Of a stretch of 32,000 bases of DNA, positions 1-7,884 are shown one piece after another. Made by a program: the position numbers and the translations under genes. The notes beneath the pieces are model-generated. The model did not search any database. It was not told the DNA's origin and saw only the letters and a list, made by a program, of their open reading frames with translations. The DNA is from Candidatus Woesearchaeota archaeon (lineage in GTDB: Archaea > Nanobdellota > Nanobdellia > SCGC-AAA011-G17 > PNOQ01). The stretch covers positions 1 through 32,000 of the forward strand of contig JAGWAE010000001.1 of assembly GCA_018302135.1 (NCBI GenBank), read 5' to 3'. The stretch's first letter is position 1. Each line of letters opens with the position of its first letter.

Positions 1-42
1 AAATTAAATTAGTAAACATTTACAAAAAAAATATAAAATTAA

Positions 43-1359
43 CTAAATTTCTCTAACACTCATTTTTTTATATATCAATCCATCAGTTCCTACACCGTCA
101 CTTCTCCAATATACTGTTACACTTGGTTTACCTGATTCAGAACCAGGACGGTTATCATCATTTGTAAGTTTTAATGCTGGATTTATACCTGCAGCACATG
201 CCACACCACCAACACCAAAATTGCTTCCATTATCTTCAAACTCATTAATCTTCACCCAAGTACCACCATTTAATCCATCTGTTTCATCTAAGTACAATTC
301 TAATTTAACATTTCCATTAGGCAAATCATAAACTACATATTTATATCCAATCCAAACATTTTTAGGCAATCCACCTACCCATTTAGTTTTACTGGAAACT
401 ACTTTAGATGAAGGATGGCTTGTTTCTTTTTCAAAATCAATCTTTCCATCATAACGCATTCTTGCATCTATTCCTCGAGTATCACATAAATTTTGTAATT
501 CGGGAGCAGTTGTTCCATGGTTCGTTCTCGCCACACCTTCTATTCCACCCCAATTAATATTAGTATCACTTACTCTCATTGCATAAACAGTCATTTCTAC
601 ATCATTCCACTTTTGATTATTCTCTGGATCGTGGATATACATTCTAGGAGTTGAACCTGAAATTTTAAATAAACCGGCTCCGTCAACTTTATACGTAGCA
701 CTCCCATGATTTGCATCAAACCAAGGATCTTGTGGATCAATACCTGAAAAAGTTCTAGCTATTCCATTATTCCAACTAGAAAACCACTCCTTACCTGAAG
801 TAGAATAAATTTCTTTTATACCGAAAACATCCATTCCTCCTAGTGTAGGAACTGTATCATTTGAGTTATTTAGTATGGGTGATATATTTTGCGGGATTGA
901 AAATATTTTTACTTCGGTTAAAGAGTTCCATAAGTTTAGGGAATTACCATATCCAATTATCTTGATGTAACTAGCATCTCCCCCAACATTAAATTTTTCA
1001 TAATTCAAAGTTTTACCTGAACTGGTTCCATTAAATACTGAAGTCCAGTTTTTACCATCGAAGGATTTTTGTATCCTTAAATATTGAACCCTTTTATTTC
1101 CTTCATAAAAAGCAATATCCGCCGAATCGATAAACGAAGTATTTGGTAGTTTATACACTATATATTGACCTTTTCCAAAAGCACTCCATCTTGTTAAAAG
1201 GTTATCATCTAAGGTATTTATTGGTAGATTTCCATCATTTTTAGAAGCGGTAACAATTATTTGATCTGAATCTATGAGACTTACCTCTGCTGAAGAAAAC
1301 TCTACAACTGTGGCCAGACTTACAAACAATATAGCTAATAATAAAATACACCCTTTCAT
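43..1359 (-). CDS. Secreted protein with an N-terminal discoidin (F5/8 type C, CBM32-like) carbohydrate-binding domain and an unassigned beta-rich C-terminal domain
   Basis: 438-aa ORF with a hydrophobic signal-like N-terminus ([24 protein letters not shown]). The segment [22 protein letters not shown]...[11 protein letters not shown]...IKIIGYGNS fits the discoidin-domain pattern. I do not recognise the C-terminal half. A TATA-like TTTTTATAGG lies just upstream on the minus strand. Confidence 0.6.
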   Translation of the reverse strand: MKGCILLLAILFVSLATVVEFSSAEVSLIDSDQIIVTASKNDGNLPINTLDDNLLTRWSAFGKGQYIVYKLPNTSFIDSADIAFYEGNKRVQYLRIQKSFDGKNWTSVFNGTSSGKTLNYEKFNVGGDASYIKIIGYGNSLNLWNSLTEVKIFSIPQNISPILNNSNDTVPTLGGMDVFGIKEIYSTSGKEWFSSWNNGIARTFSGIDPQDPWFDANHGSATYKVDGAGLFKISGSTPRMYIHDPENNQKWNDVEMTVYAMRVSDTNINWGGIEGVARTNHGTTAPELQNLCDTRGIDARMRYDGKIDFEKETSHPSSKVVSSKTKWVGGLPKNVWIGYKYVVYDLPNGNVKLELYLDETDGLNGGTWVKINEFEDNGSNFGVGGVACAAGINPALKLTNDDNRPGSESGKPSVTVYWRSDGVGTDGLIYKKMSVREI

Positions 1360-1413
1360 ATTTAATACACCCTATAAAAAACAATAAAAACAGTGTATTT
1401 AAAGCTTAGGCTA

Positions 1414-1437
1414 AGAATAATGTTACAATATTATTCT
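1414..1437. other. Perfect 8-bp inverted repeat (AGAATAAT-8 nt-ATTATTCT), a possible hairpin just 3' of the HTH gene
   Basis: Read directly: agaataat gttacaat attattct. It is preceded by the small palindrome cttaggctaag and lies 16 nt downstream of the stop codon at 1453 on the minus strand. Confidence 0.25.
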
Positions 1438-1452
1438 CTAAAAAATACATTA

Positions 1453-1803
1453 TTAATAACTTAATTTATACTTTTTGTAAATCTTTTGAACATGCCACTT
1501 TGAAAGATTAATCCCATTTATTTTTAAATCTCTACACATACCGTATTTGCTTCTTTTGTTTTCGTTCCACAATCGCAATATCATTTTTTCTGTATCCAAA
1601 TCAATAGGTACTTCTCTAGCACCAGGTTTTTTATTTTTAAGTCCAGTTTCGCCACATAAAGAATATAATTTAATCCATCTACTCAAAGTTTGTTTATGTA
1701 TTTTTTGCATCTTTGCAGATTTATTTATTGATACTTGCCCAGATAAAAATAGGTTTATACATCTTAACTTAAAATTTTTGCTGTAGCCTTTTTTATTTAT
1801 CAT
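1453..1803 (-). CDS. Stand-alone helix-turn-helix protein resembling the N-terminal DNA-binding half of an IS481/IS3-type (rve) transposase, with no catalytic domain
   Basis: 116 aa. KQTLSRWIKLY is an HTH-like segment, and MILRLWNENKRSKYGMCRDLKINGINLSKWHVQKIYKKYKL looks like a second winged helix as found ahead of rve integrase cores. The gene starts 5 nt after the deacetylase stop, so it is probably co-transcribed. Confidence 0.5.
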   Translation of the reverse strand: MINKKGYSKNFKLRCINLFLSGQVSINKSAKMQKIHKQTLSRWIKLYSLCGETGLKNKKPGAREVPIDLDTEKMILRLWNENKRSKYGMCRDLKINGINLSKWHVQKIYKKYKLSY

Positions 1804-1808
1804 TTATA

Positions 1809-3395
1809 TCAATAATTCAAAATTGAGATCCCTCCAAATGCAAATGTTTTATTTTGAGTTGCAAAATCTTCAGCCTTTACACCAACCCCTCCATGAGAAG
1901 AAATATTTGGAACTTCTTTGCTTATTACTTGTTTTCCATTCATAGAACAACTTACCATATTATTTTTTACAGACATGGATAGAATTGTTCCAGCCTTTAA
2001 GTCAGTCTTATTAGTTAGTTGTTCAGATACTATTTTTGTTTGAACGCCCCTATTTGCATTAATCAAACTTACACTTTCCTTGGTATATTGACAAGAAACA
2101 TAATCTAAAGAACTTGTTGATTTCCCTACAGAATATGTTAATCTTGATAATAAACTAATTTTTGATGCTTGTTTGTTCTTTAATTGAATTGAATATGTAT
2201 AATCTTCCCACAAGTAAGATCCATCTAAATAAGCAAAAAGAATATCCTCTACTGGGGTTACATCATTTTTTAATATGATCGAATCATTTTCAAAACTTGC
2301 TATTCCAGATATTCTAGGCCAACTATCATAATTTGTGTAGTGTTCATAATATGGAAGTTCTAATGATCTAGAAGCTTCAATTTTTTGTAATAATTTATCA
2401 GGTGTACGAAGAGAATCTGCTGGAAGTCTAGTAACTAAATAGCTATCTTGTTTTGAACCTGGATAATTTCCTTTAAATATTTTATTCTTTATAGGGAATT
2501 CATAAAATACAAGTTTGGAAGTACTTGTAGTTAAATCATATATTATATTACGTGCTTCCGGATAATTGCTACCGCTTTCTCCAAAATCTCCATAAGGAAG
2601 TGCAAAAGCAATCACTGGTTGATTAAATTTAATTTCTAAAAGCTCCTTTGATTTCTTAATGTCTGTGCTTACTCTTGCAAAAAACTCTTCATTAGTTTCA
2701 ATTCTACTCTCTTCTGAAATCCATAATTTATTTGTTAAAACGGGTGCTGTATTTCCGTTTGCATCGATCTGACGTCTAAAATGAGATTCATAAGTATGAG
2801 ATTCTAGTTCCCATCTTCCGGTTTGCTGAACTTCTAATAACTCTAGTTCATTTAAGTAATAAACACTTTGATTTTCTCCTAAAGAATGCCCAGTAATAAC
2901 GAACATTACTGCTGTGTAATTCAAAGCTTTTAAAATAGGATCTGCATTATAATAACCAGCTTTAGCTGCATCATCAAATGTTAGAATAAAAGATTTATCT
3001 GGAATTTCTTTTTCTCCACCCATAAAAAGATAAAAATCTTGCAAACTTATGGTTTGATATCCTGCTCTCTTAAGAGCAAACATATTATCCTTAAATTGAT
3101 CATAAGATATATCATATTCATCCTGCGGAGGACCATTAGATATTACATGATATGTCAAAACAAAAACATTTTTTGCATTTGTATTAGTTAAAGAACTTGG
3201 ATTCCCTATAGCATCAGCTTCTTTTTGAAGTTGTTTATAATCTATCTTCACGAATCTTGGATCCTCTTCTACTTTTGTACTTATATCAAGATATTTCAAT
3301 ACCAAAAATAAAAAAGTAGTTATAATTATTAAAACCGCTAGAATTTGAAATGTTATACTTAATCCTCTATTCTTAGTTTGTTTCATCTGTGCCAC
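1809..3395 (-). CDS. Membrane-anchored polysaccharide deacetylase (NodB homology domain, CE4) with a long C-terminal extension
   Basis: 528 aa with an N-terminal TM helix (LSITFQILAVLIIITTFLFLVL). It carries the NodB motifs FILTFDDA and ELESHTYESH. Its start overlaps the end of the upstream GT2 reading frame by 13 nt. Confidence 0.8.
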   Translation of the reverse strand: MAQMKQTKNRGLSITFQILAVLIIITTFLFLVLKYLDISTKVEEDPRFVKIDYKQLQKEADAIGNPSSLTNTNAKNVFVLTYHVISNGPPQDEYDISYDQFKDNMFALKRAGYQTISLQDFYLFMGGEKEIPDKSFILTFDDAAKAGYYNADPILKALNYTAVMFVITGHSLGENQSVYYLNELELLEVQQTGRWELESHTYESHFRRQIDANGNTAPVLTNKLWISEESRIETNEEFFARVSTDIKKSKELLEIKFNQPVIAFALPYGDFGESGSNYPEARNIIYDLTTSTSKLVFYEFPIKNKIFKGNYPGSKQDSYLVTRLPADSLRTPDKLLQKIEASRSLELPYYEHYTNYDSWPRISGIASFENDSIILKNDVTPVEDILFAYLDGSYLWEDYTYSIQLKNKQASKISLLSRLTYSVGKSTSSLDYVSCQYTKESVSLINANRGVQTKIVSEQLTNKTDLKAGTILSMSVKNNMVSCSMNGKQVISKEVPNISSHGGVGVKAEDFATQNKTFAFGGISILNY

Positions 3396-4623
3396 ACCAT
3401 ATTTTTAATTGTAAAGGCTGAATAAAAAATAAGCCAAGATAAAACCAAAGTGGAAAAAATGCTCATTAGTGGTCTATACATCCAAAGATCAGATTTTGGA
3501 TTATCTAACTTATACATAAAACCATAAAGCGCACCTATAATCAATATCCCACCAAGATAATAGAACCCTGCAAGAATATTTCCTCTAAGAGGAAGATAAA
3601 TTAAATGTCTCAACGCAATAAATGGACCAAGAAGAACAAATAATGCGCCCAGATAATATCTAGTAGCAGGAATTACTTTTTTCCTCCAATAAAAAGTCCC
3701 AGTAAAAAAAAGACTTCTGATAAAACTCTTTTTCCATCTAATATTTTGCCAAATCAATTTTTTTAAAGTATTAGGCACTATTGTCCAAACTTTTGCAGAT
3801 TTACAATACAAAACCTTCCAGTCTCTTGTTGGATAATTTTCATTCATAACAAAATCTGAATATTTATATTCTTTTTTTAATTTTTCTCCTATATATTTAC
3901 CACCCAGGACATATCCAGTTAATTGTCTATCTGTAGCAAATCTGAATTCATCTCCTAAAAAAGTATCACTTTCCCAGGCAGGAATATAATTATATATTGC
4001 AGATCTTCTATAAACTGCTAGCGGCCCAGAAACACAACTAACTGACCCAAACCACTAACTGCTCCGACTTTTTTGTCAATCATAAATATTTCTATAATTC
4101 TACTTATTGCATCTGATGCAACAACACAATCACTATCTGTAAATACAAAAATCTCCCCTTTTGCAATTCTAAGCCCTTCGCTTATGGCTCTTTTTTTACC
4201 AATATTTTTATTAAGATTTATTATAGTAATCCCATGAAGATTATTATAATTTTTTAGAATTTCTTTTGTTTTATCTGTACTCGCATCATTAACAACAATT
4301 ATCTCTTTATTCTCATAATCTGAATTGATTAAAGAATCAATACAACGAGCAATTATTTTTTCATCATTTTTTACAGCAAGAATACATGAAATTAATGGTT
4401 TTTCTATGCCCCTTGTTAAATCTTTTTCCCTAATTTTAATACTTGGGTCTTTATATCTTAAACTTATACTAAAAGTTAAAAAAATAACAGAAGTAACAGT
4501 AATTCCATAAATTAAAAGAAACATATTTGGTGAATTAGTAAAAAACGCCTTTCCCACTATAATAACAACAAGAGAAACTAGTATCAAGATTTTAAGTAAA
4601 TGACTAGCAAGTTTAAATTTCAT
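3383..4623 (-). pseudogene. Processive family-2 glycosyltransferase (hyaluronan synthase / NodC / PgaC-like), interrupted by a frameshift between 4018 and 4054
   Basis: The N-terminal ORF (4018..4623) has TM helices, the motifs VVNDASTD and FTDSD (DxD) and VGAVSG, and then stops. A second frame is open from 4054 down to 3383. My hand translation of it reads WFGSVSCVSGPLAVYRRSAIYNYIPAWESDTFLGDEFRFATDRQLTGYVLGG...MNENYPTRDW...QNIRWKKSF. This contains the (G/T)EDR-like and QxxRW motifs of processive GT2 enzymes, followed by C-terminal TM helices. Confidence 0.7.
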
Positions 4624-5920
4624 TTACAATTTTCCCGTTTGGTGTATTTGGAAAACCTCTACCAATGCCTTCATAAATTATACCCTGAGACTCAATATTA
4701 GGCATATCCAAACAATTTCTTCCATCAACAATAATCTTGACATTTTTCCAATTTTTTACTTCCATAAATTGATGATGGTTTGTTGCCAAAATTAAACCAA
4801 TACAGTTTTCAAGAATTTCATTAATTAAAGCAGGAGCATGTCCATTACAATATGGATCGCAACATAGTACTATTGCACCAAGATCTTCCAATTCTTTTTT
4901 TATTTCTAATGCTGGACTTTCTCTCATATCTCCTATGTTAGCTTTGTAGGATAATCCAAGAAGCCCTATTTTAGCACCTTTAATATTTACACCAATACTT
5001 TCAAGCCCATCTACTAATTTTTGTACAGTATAATGGGGCATACTATTATTTACACTTCGTGCTACTTTGAGAAGCTGATGATCAAATCCATTTTTTGCTG
5101 CGTATTCAATCAAGTAATAAGGATCTACTGCAATACAATGTCCACCAACACCACACCCAGGATAATGAGGCATAAAAGCAAATGGTTTATTAGAAGCACC
5201 ATTAATAACTTCATAAACATCTATTCCAAGTTTATCAAAAGATTGTGCAAGTTCATTAACATATGCAATATTTACATCCCTAAAAGCATTTTCAACAATT
5301 TTTGTTGATTCTGCAACTTTAAGAGAAGACATTTCATTAATATCTCCTTTTAAAAAAGATCTATAAAAATTTGCTGCTATGTGTGTGCCTTGCTTAGTAA
5401 GCCCACCTATATTACGATTAATATTATACACATTCCAATTTGGATTACCCGGATCTATTCTTTCTGGGCAATGTATTAATTCAAAATCAATTCCTCCCCT
5501 AAAATTTCCTCGTTCTAATATAGGAAGTATAGTTTCTTCACAAACTCCCGGGTTTACAGTTGACTCCAAAATGATAATTTGACCTTTTTGAAGGTTTCTT
5601 GAGATACTTTCAGCAGCTTGTATAACTGGAGTAAGATCTGGTCTTCTTTCCTCATCTATCGGAGTTGGAACACAAACAATAATAAACTTACTTTTTTTAA
5701 GAACTTCTTCTTCAGTCGTAGCATATATTATTACCTCTTTTATATCTTTTTCCGCCTGTCTATCTTCAACCGGAGAAATACGCATGTTAATTTTATCTAC
5801 CCTTTCTTTATTTGTATCAAGACCATAAACTTCATAATTATTATTTTTAGCAATCGCGCAAGCTAGCGGAAAACCAACATATCCCAATCCAATAATTGTA
5901 ACTTTTTGTAAATTTTTCAT
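4613..5920 (-). CDS. Nucleotide-sugar dehydrogenase (UDP-glucose/GDP-mannose dehydrogenase family, closest in feel to the UDP-GlcNAc/ManNAc dehydrogenase type)
   Basis: 435 aa with an N-terminal Rossmann motif (VTIIGLGYVGFPLA) and the catalytic-Cys region GCGVGGHCIAVDPYYL. An AAGGAG Shine-Dalgarno-like element lies 10 nt upstream of the ATG. The 3' end overlaps the GT2 start by 11 nt. Confidence 0.9.
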   Translation of the reverse strand: MKNLQKVTIIGLGYVGFPLACAIAKNNNYEVYGLDTNKERVDKINMRISPVEDRQAEKDIKEVIIYATTEEEVLKKSKFIIVCVPTPIDEERRPDLTPVIQAAESISRNLQKGQIIILESTVNPGVCEETILPILERGNFRGGIDFELIHCPERIDPGNPNWNVYNINRNIGGLTKQGTHIAANFYRSFLKGDINEMSSLKVAESTKIVENAFRDVNIAYVNELAQSFDKLGIDVYEVINGASNKPFAFMPHYPGCGVGGHCIAVDPYYLIEYAAKNGFDHQLLKVARSVNNSMPHYTVQKLVDGLESIGVNIKGAKIGLLGLSYKANIGDMRESPALEIKKELEDLGAIVLCCDPYCNGHAPALINEILENCIGLILATNHHQFMEVKNWKNVKIIVDGRNCLDMPNIESQGIIYEGIGRGFPNTPNGKIVNEI

Positions 5921-5936
5921 CGCTAAATTTCTCCTT

Positions 5937-5992
5937 AATGATAGACCATATGGCCCATTTTCATTTTAATTAAATTAAATGTGTCTATCATT
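5937..5992. promoter_or_regulatory. Perfect 10-bp inverted repeat (AATGATAGAC-36 nt-GTCTATCATT) between a TATA-like element and the Shine-Dalgarno sequence of the polysaccharide operon; candidate operator or leader hairpin
   Basis: Arms read directly at 5937-5946 and 5983-5992. The left arm abuts the AAGGAG site (5931-5936). The right arm abuts a minus-strand ATATAAAG TATA-like element (5993-6000). Confidence 0.3.
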
Positions 5993-6257
5993 CTTTATAT
6001 GGTGAAGCAGTACGGCCTAATACTTGTTGTATGCATCAATACTTCTCATTTACAAAGTTCTAAATTATTTTATCGTACATAAAATAAAATGATGCCCTAA
6101 TTTTTAAGTATATAAAATTTGAATTTATTTTGTTTAGAAAGCCCAAAAAGGATACAATGCTTCCTAATACAAACCTTTATAAACAAACATTCGCGTTTAA
6201 AACTAAATAATATATCGAGTTTTTATGGTATATTAGAATATACGAGGAAAAAATACA

Positions 6258-6443
6258 ATGAGCGGATTCAATAGAAGTGGCAATAGCCGACCTAGCTTTA
6301 ATAGAAGCAATAACTTTGGTCCTAGAGAAATGCACAAAGCTACTTGCTCCGAATGTGGTGAGGAATGTGAAGTACCATTCAAGCCAACAGAAGGTAAGCC
6401 AGTTTTTTGCAAAGAATGCTACAAAAAGAAAAAAGGTTATTAA
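6258..6443 (+). CDS. CxxC-x17-CxxC domain protein with an Arg/Ser/Asn-rich N-terminus
   Basis: 61 aa. CSEC-GEECEVPFKPTEGKPVF-CKEC has exactly 17 residues between the two CxxC pairs. The basic tail is KKKKGY. A 16-nt palindrome GTATATTAGAATATAC sits at 6228-6243, just upstream. Confidence 0.7.
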   Translation: MSGFNRSGNSRPSFNRSNNFGPREMHKATCSECGEECEVPFKPTEGKPVFCKECYKKKKGY

Positions 6444-6519
6444 TTAAAATCTAATAATCATAAAAACTTAAGATTCTTTATTTTTTTATTTTAAATTAAT
6501 TTTATAAACATATTATATC

Positions 6520-7200
6520 ATGATAGATAAATTAAAACAAGATTTACAAAAATACGCAAACAAAGACAAATCATTAGTTTTATCTAGATTTTTTAAAACT
6601 GGTCCTGGTCAATATGGAGAAGGAGATAAATTTTTAGGAGTTAAAGTTCCAGAGCAAAGAGAAGTTGCAAAAAAGTATCATAAAAATATAAGTTTTGATG
6701 AATTACAGCAATTATTAAATTCAGACATTCATGAATACAGATTGACAGCAGCATTAATTTTAACTTATAAAACGAATAAAAAAGAAGTTTATGATTTCTA
6801 TTTAAAAAATTTCAAAAACATAAACAACTGGGATCTAGTTGACTTGACAGCTCCAAATATAGTCGGAAATTATTTATTAGATAAAGACAGATCAATATTA
6901 TACAAATTTGCAAACTCAACCCATTTATGGACAAAAAGAATTGCAATTCTATCAACATTTGCTTTCATAAAAAATAGGCAATATGAAGACTCAATAAAAA
7001 TTTCAGAAATATTACTTAATGATAACCATGATTTAATACATAAGGCAGTTGGTTGGATGCTTAGAGAAATAGGAAAAAAAGATGAAAAAGTTTTAATAGA
7101 ATTCCTAAATAAACATCATAAAAAAATGCCAAGAACAATGTTAAGATATTCTATAGAAAGATTGACAGAAGGACAAAGAAAGTTTTACTTACAAAGGTAA
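6520..7200 (+). CDS. DNA alkylation repair protein (AlkD/AlkC-like HEAT-repeat family)
   Basis: 226 aa. FFKTGPGQYGEGDKFLGVKVPEQREVAKK and WMLREIGKKD are typical of the DNA_alkylation family. Confidence 0.75.
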   Translation: MIDKLKQDLQKYANKDKSLVLSRFFKTGPGQYGEGDKFLGVKVPEQREVAKKYHKNISFDELQQLLNSDIHEYRLTAALILTYKTNKKEVYDFYLKNFKNINNWDLVDLTAPNIVGNYLLDKDRSILYKFANSTHLWTKRIAILSTFAFIKNRQYEDSIKISEILLNDNHDLIHKAVGWMLREIGKKDEKVLIEFLNKHHKKMPRTMLRYSIERLTEGQRKFYLQR

Positions 7201-7884
7201 TTCTTTAATCTTACCAAAATCCCTAGCATTTCCTTTATCATCAACGATATAACAATTAAAATTATCTATTTTATTTATATATGGGCTTAAAAAATTACCA
7301 TGTCTAACATCAGTCCCAACAGTTAAATTAGAAAAGCTAGGTATAACAATTAAATTTTTTCTTTGAAACTTACCAACTAAAAAACATTTGAATTTATCGG
7401 CAGGTTTTTCACTAAAACTTATTGCTGGATGTTCATGCGCAATAATAATTATTTTATTTAAATTTACAACTATCTTATCACCATGGATTATAGTAACATC
7501 ATCATCTTCAAAATAATTAACTAATTTCAAATTTCTTTGTTTTAATATTGGAGCTAAAATAACATCATGATTTCCTTTTATAATAATAATTTCTTCAACT
7601 TTAGTAAATAAATAATCAAATAATTTCAAAACATCATTCCACTCTTGTTTATTAATAGTTCCAAACTCATGTTTCAAATCTCCATTGATTATAACTCTTT
7701 TAACTTTTACTCTAGAAAAAATTCTTCCTAACCTTTCTAAAATATCATTTAGTTGAAATTTAGGAATCAACAATCCTTTATTATGTAAATATTCTTCATA
7801 ACCTAACTGTAGATCCCCAATTATTAAATTGTCTTTATATTTCAATGCTAAATCTATTATCTCAATATCTTTGAATAGTTTCAC
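7189..7884 (-). CDS. Metallophosphoesterase (calcineurin-like; the archaeal Lhr-associated MPE type)
   Basis: 231 aa carrying the motifs IGDLQLG, INGDLKHE, IKGNHD and IAHEHP. Its start overlaps the stop of the upstream Lhr gene by 4 nt. Confidence 0.8.
   Translation of the reverse strand: MKLFKDIEIIDLALKYKDNLIIGDLQLGYEEYLHNKGLLIPKFQLNDILERLGRIFSRVKVKRVIINGDLKHEFGTINKQEWNDVLKLFDYLFTKVEEIIIIKGNHDVILAPILKQRNLKLVNYFEDDDVTIIHGDKIVVNLNKIIIIAHEHPAISFSEKPADKFKCFLVGKFQRKNLIVIPSFSNLTVGTDVRHGNFLSPYINKIDNFNCYIVDDKGNARDFGKIKELPL

Noticed and set aside
1547-1786. Short antisense ORFs across the window: 1547..1786, 4325..4510, 15395..15679, 18496..18681, 19686..19868, 20859..21044, 22846..23058, 27455..27685, 30658..30849 and 31628..31819
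   Set aside because: Each is nested antisense within a longer ORF that has recognisable family motifs. They are typical shadow ORFs of AT-rich DNA.
1360-1810. An IS element around the transposase-like HTH ORF
   Set aside because: There is no catalytic (DDE/rve) ORF. I could find no terminal inverted repeats or target duplication, and the gene is tightly packed behind the deacetylase gene.
4018-4054. Programmed ribosomal frameshift in the GT2 gene
   Set aside because: There is no slippery heptamer or homopolymer run in the frame-overlap region. A conserved protein segment also appears to be missing, so a deletion or sequencing error explains it better.
5021-5866. Three plus-strand ORFs (95, 67 and 82 aa)
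   Set aside because: All are antisense to the well-supported nucleotide-sugar dehydrogenase gene and give low-complexity translations.
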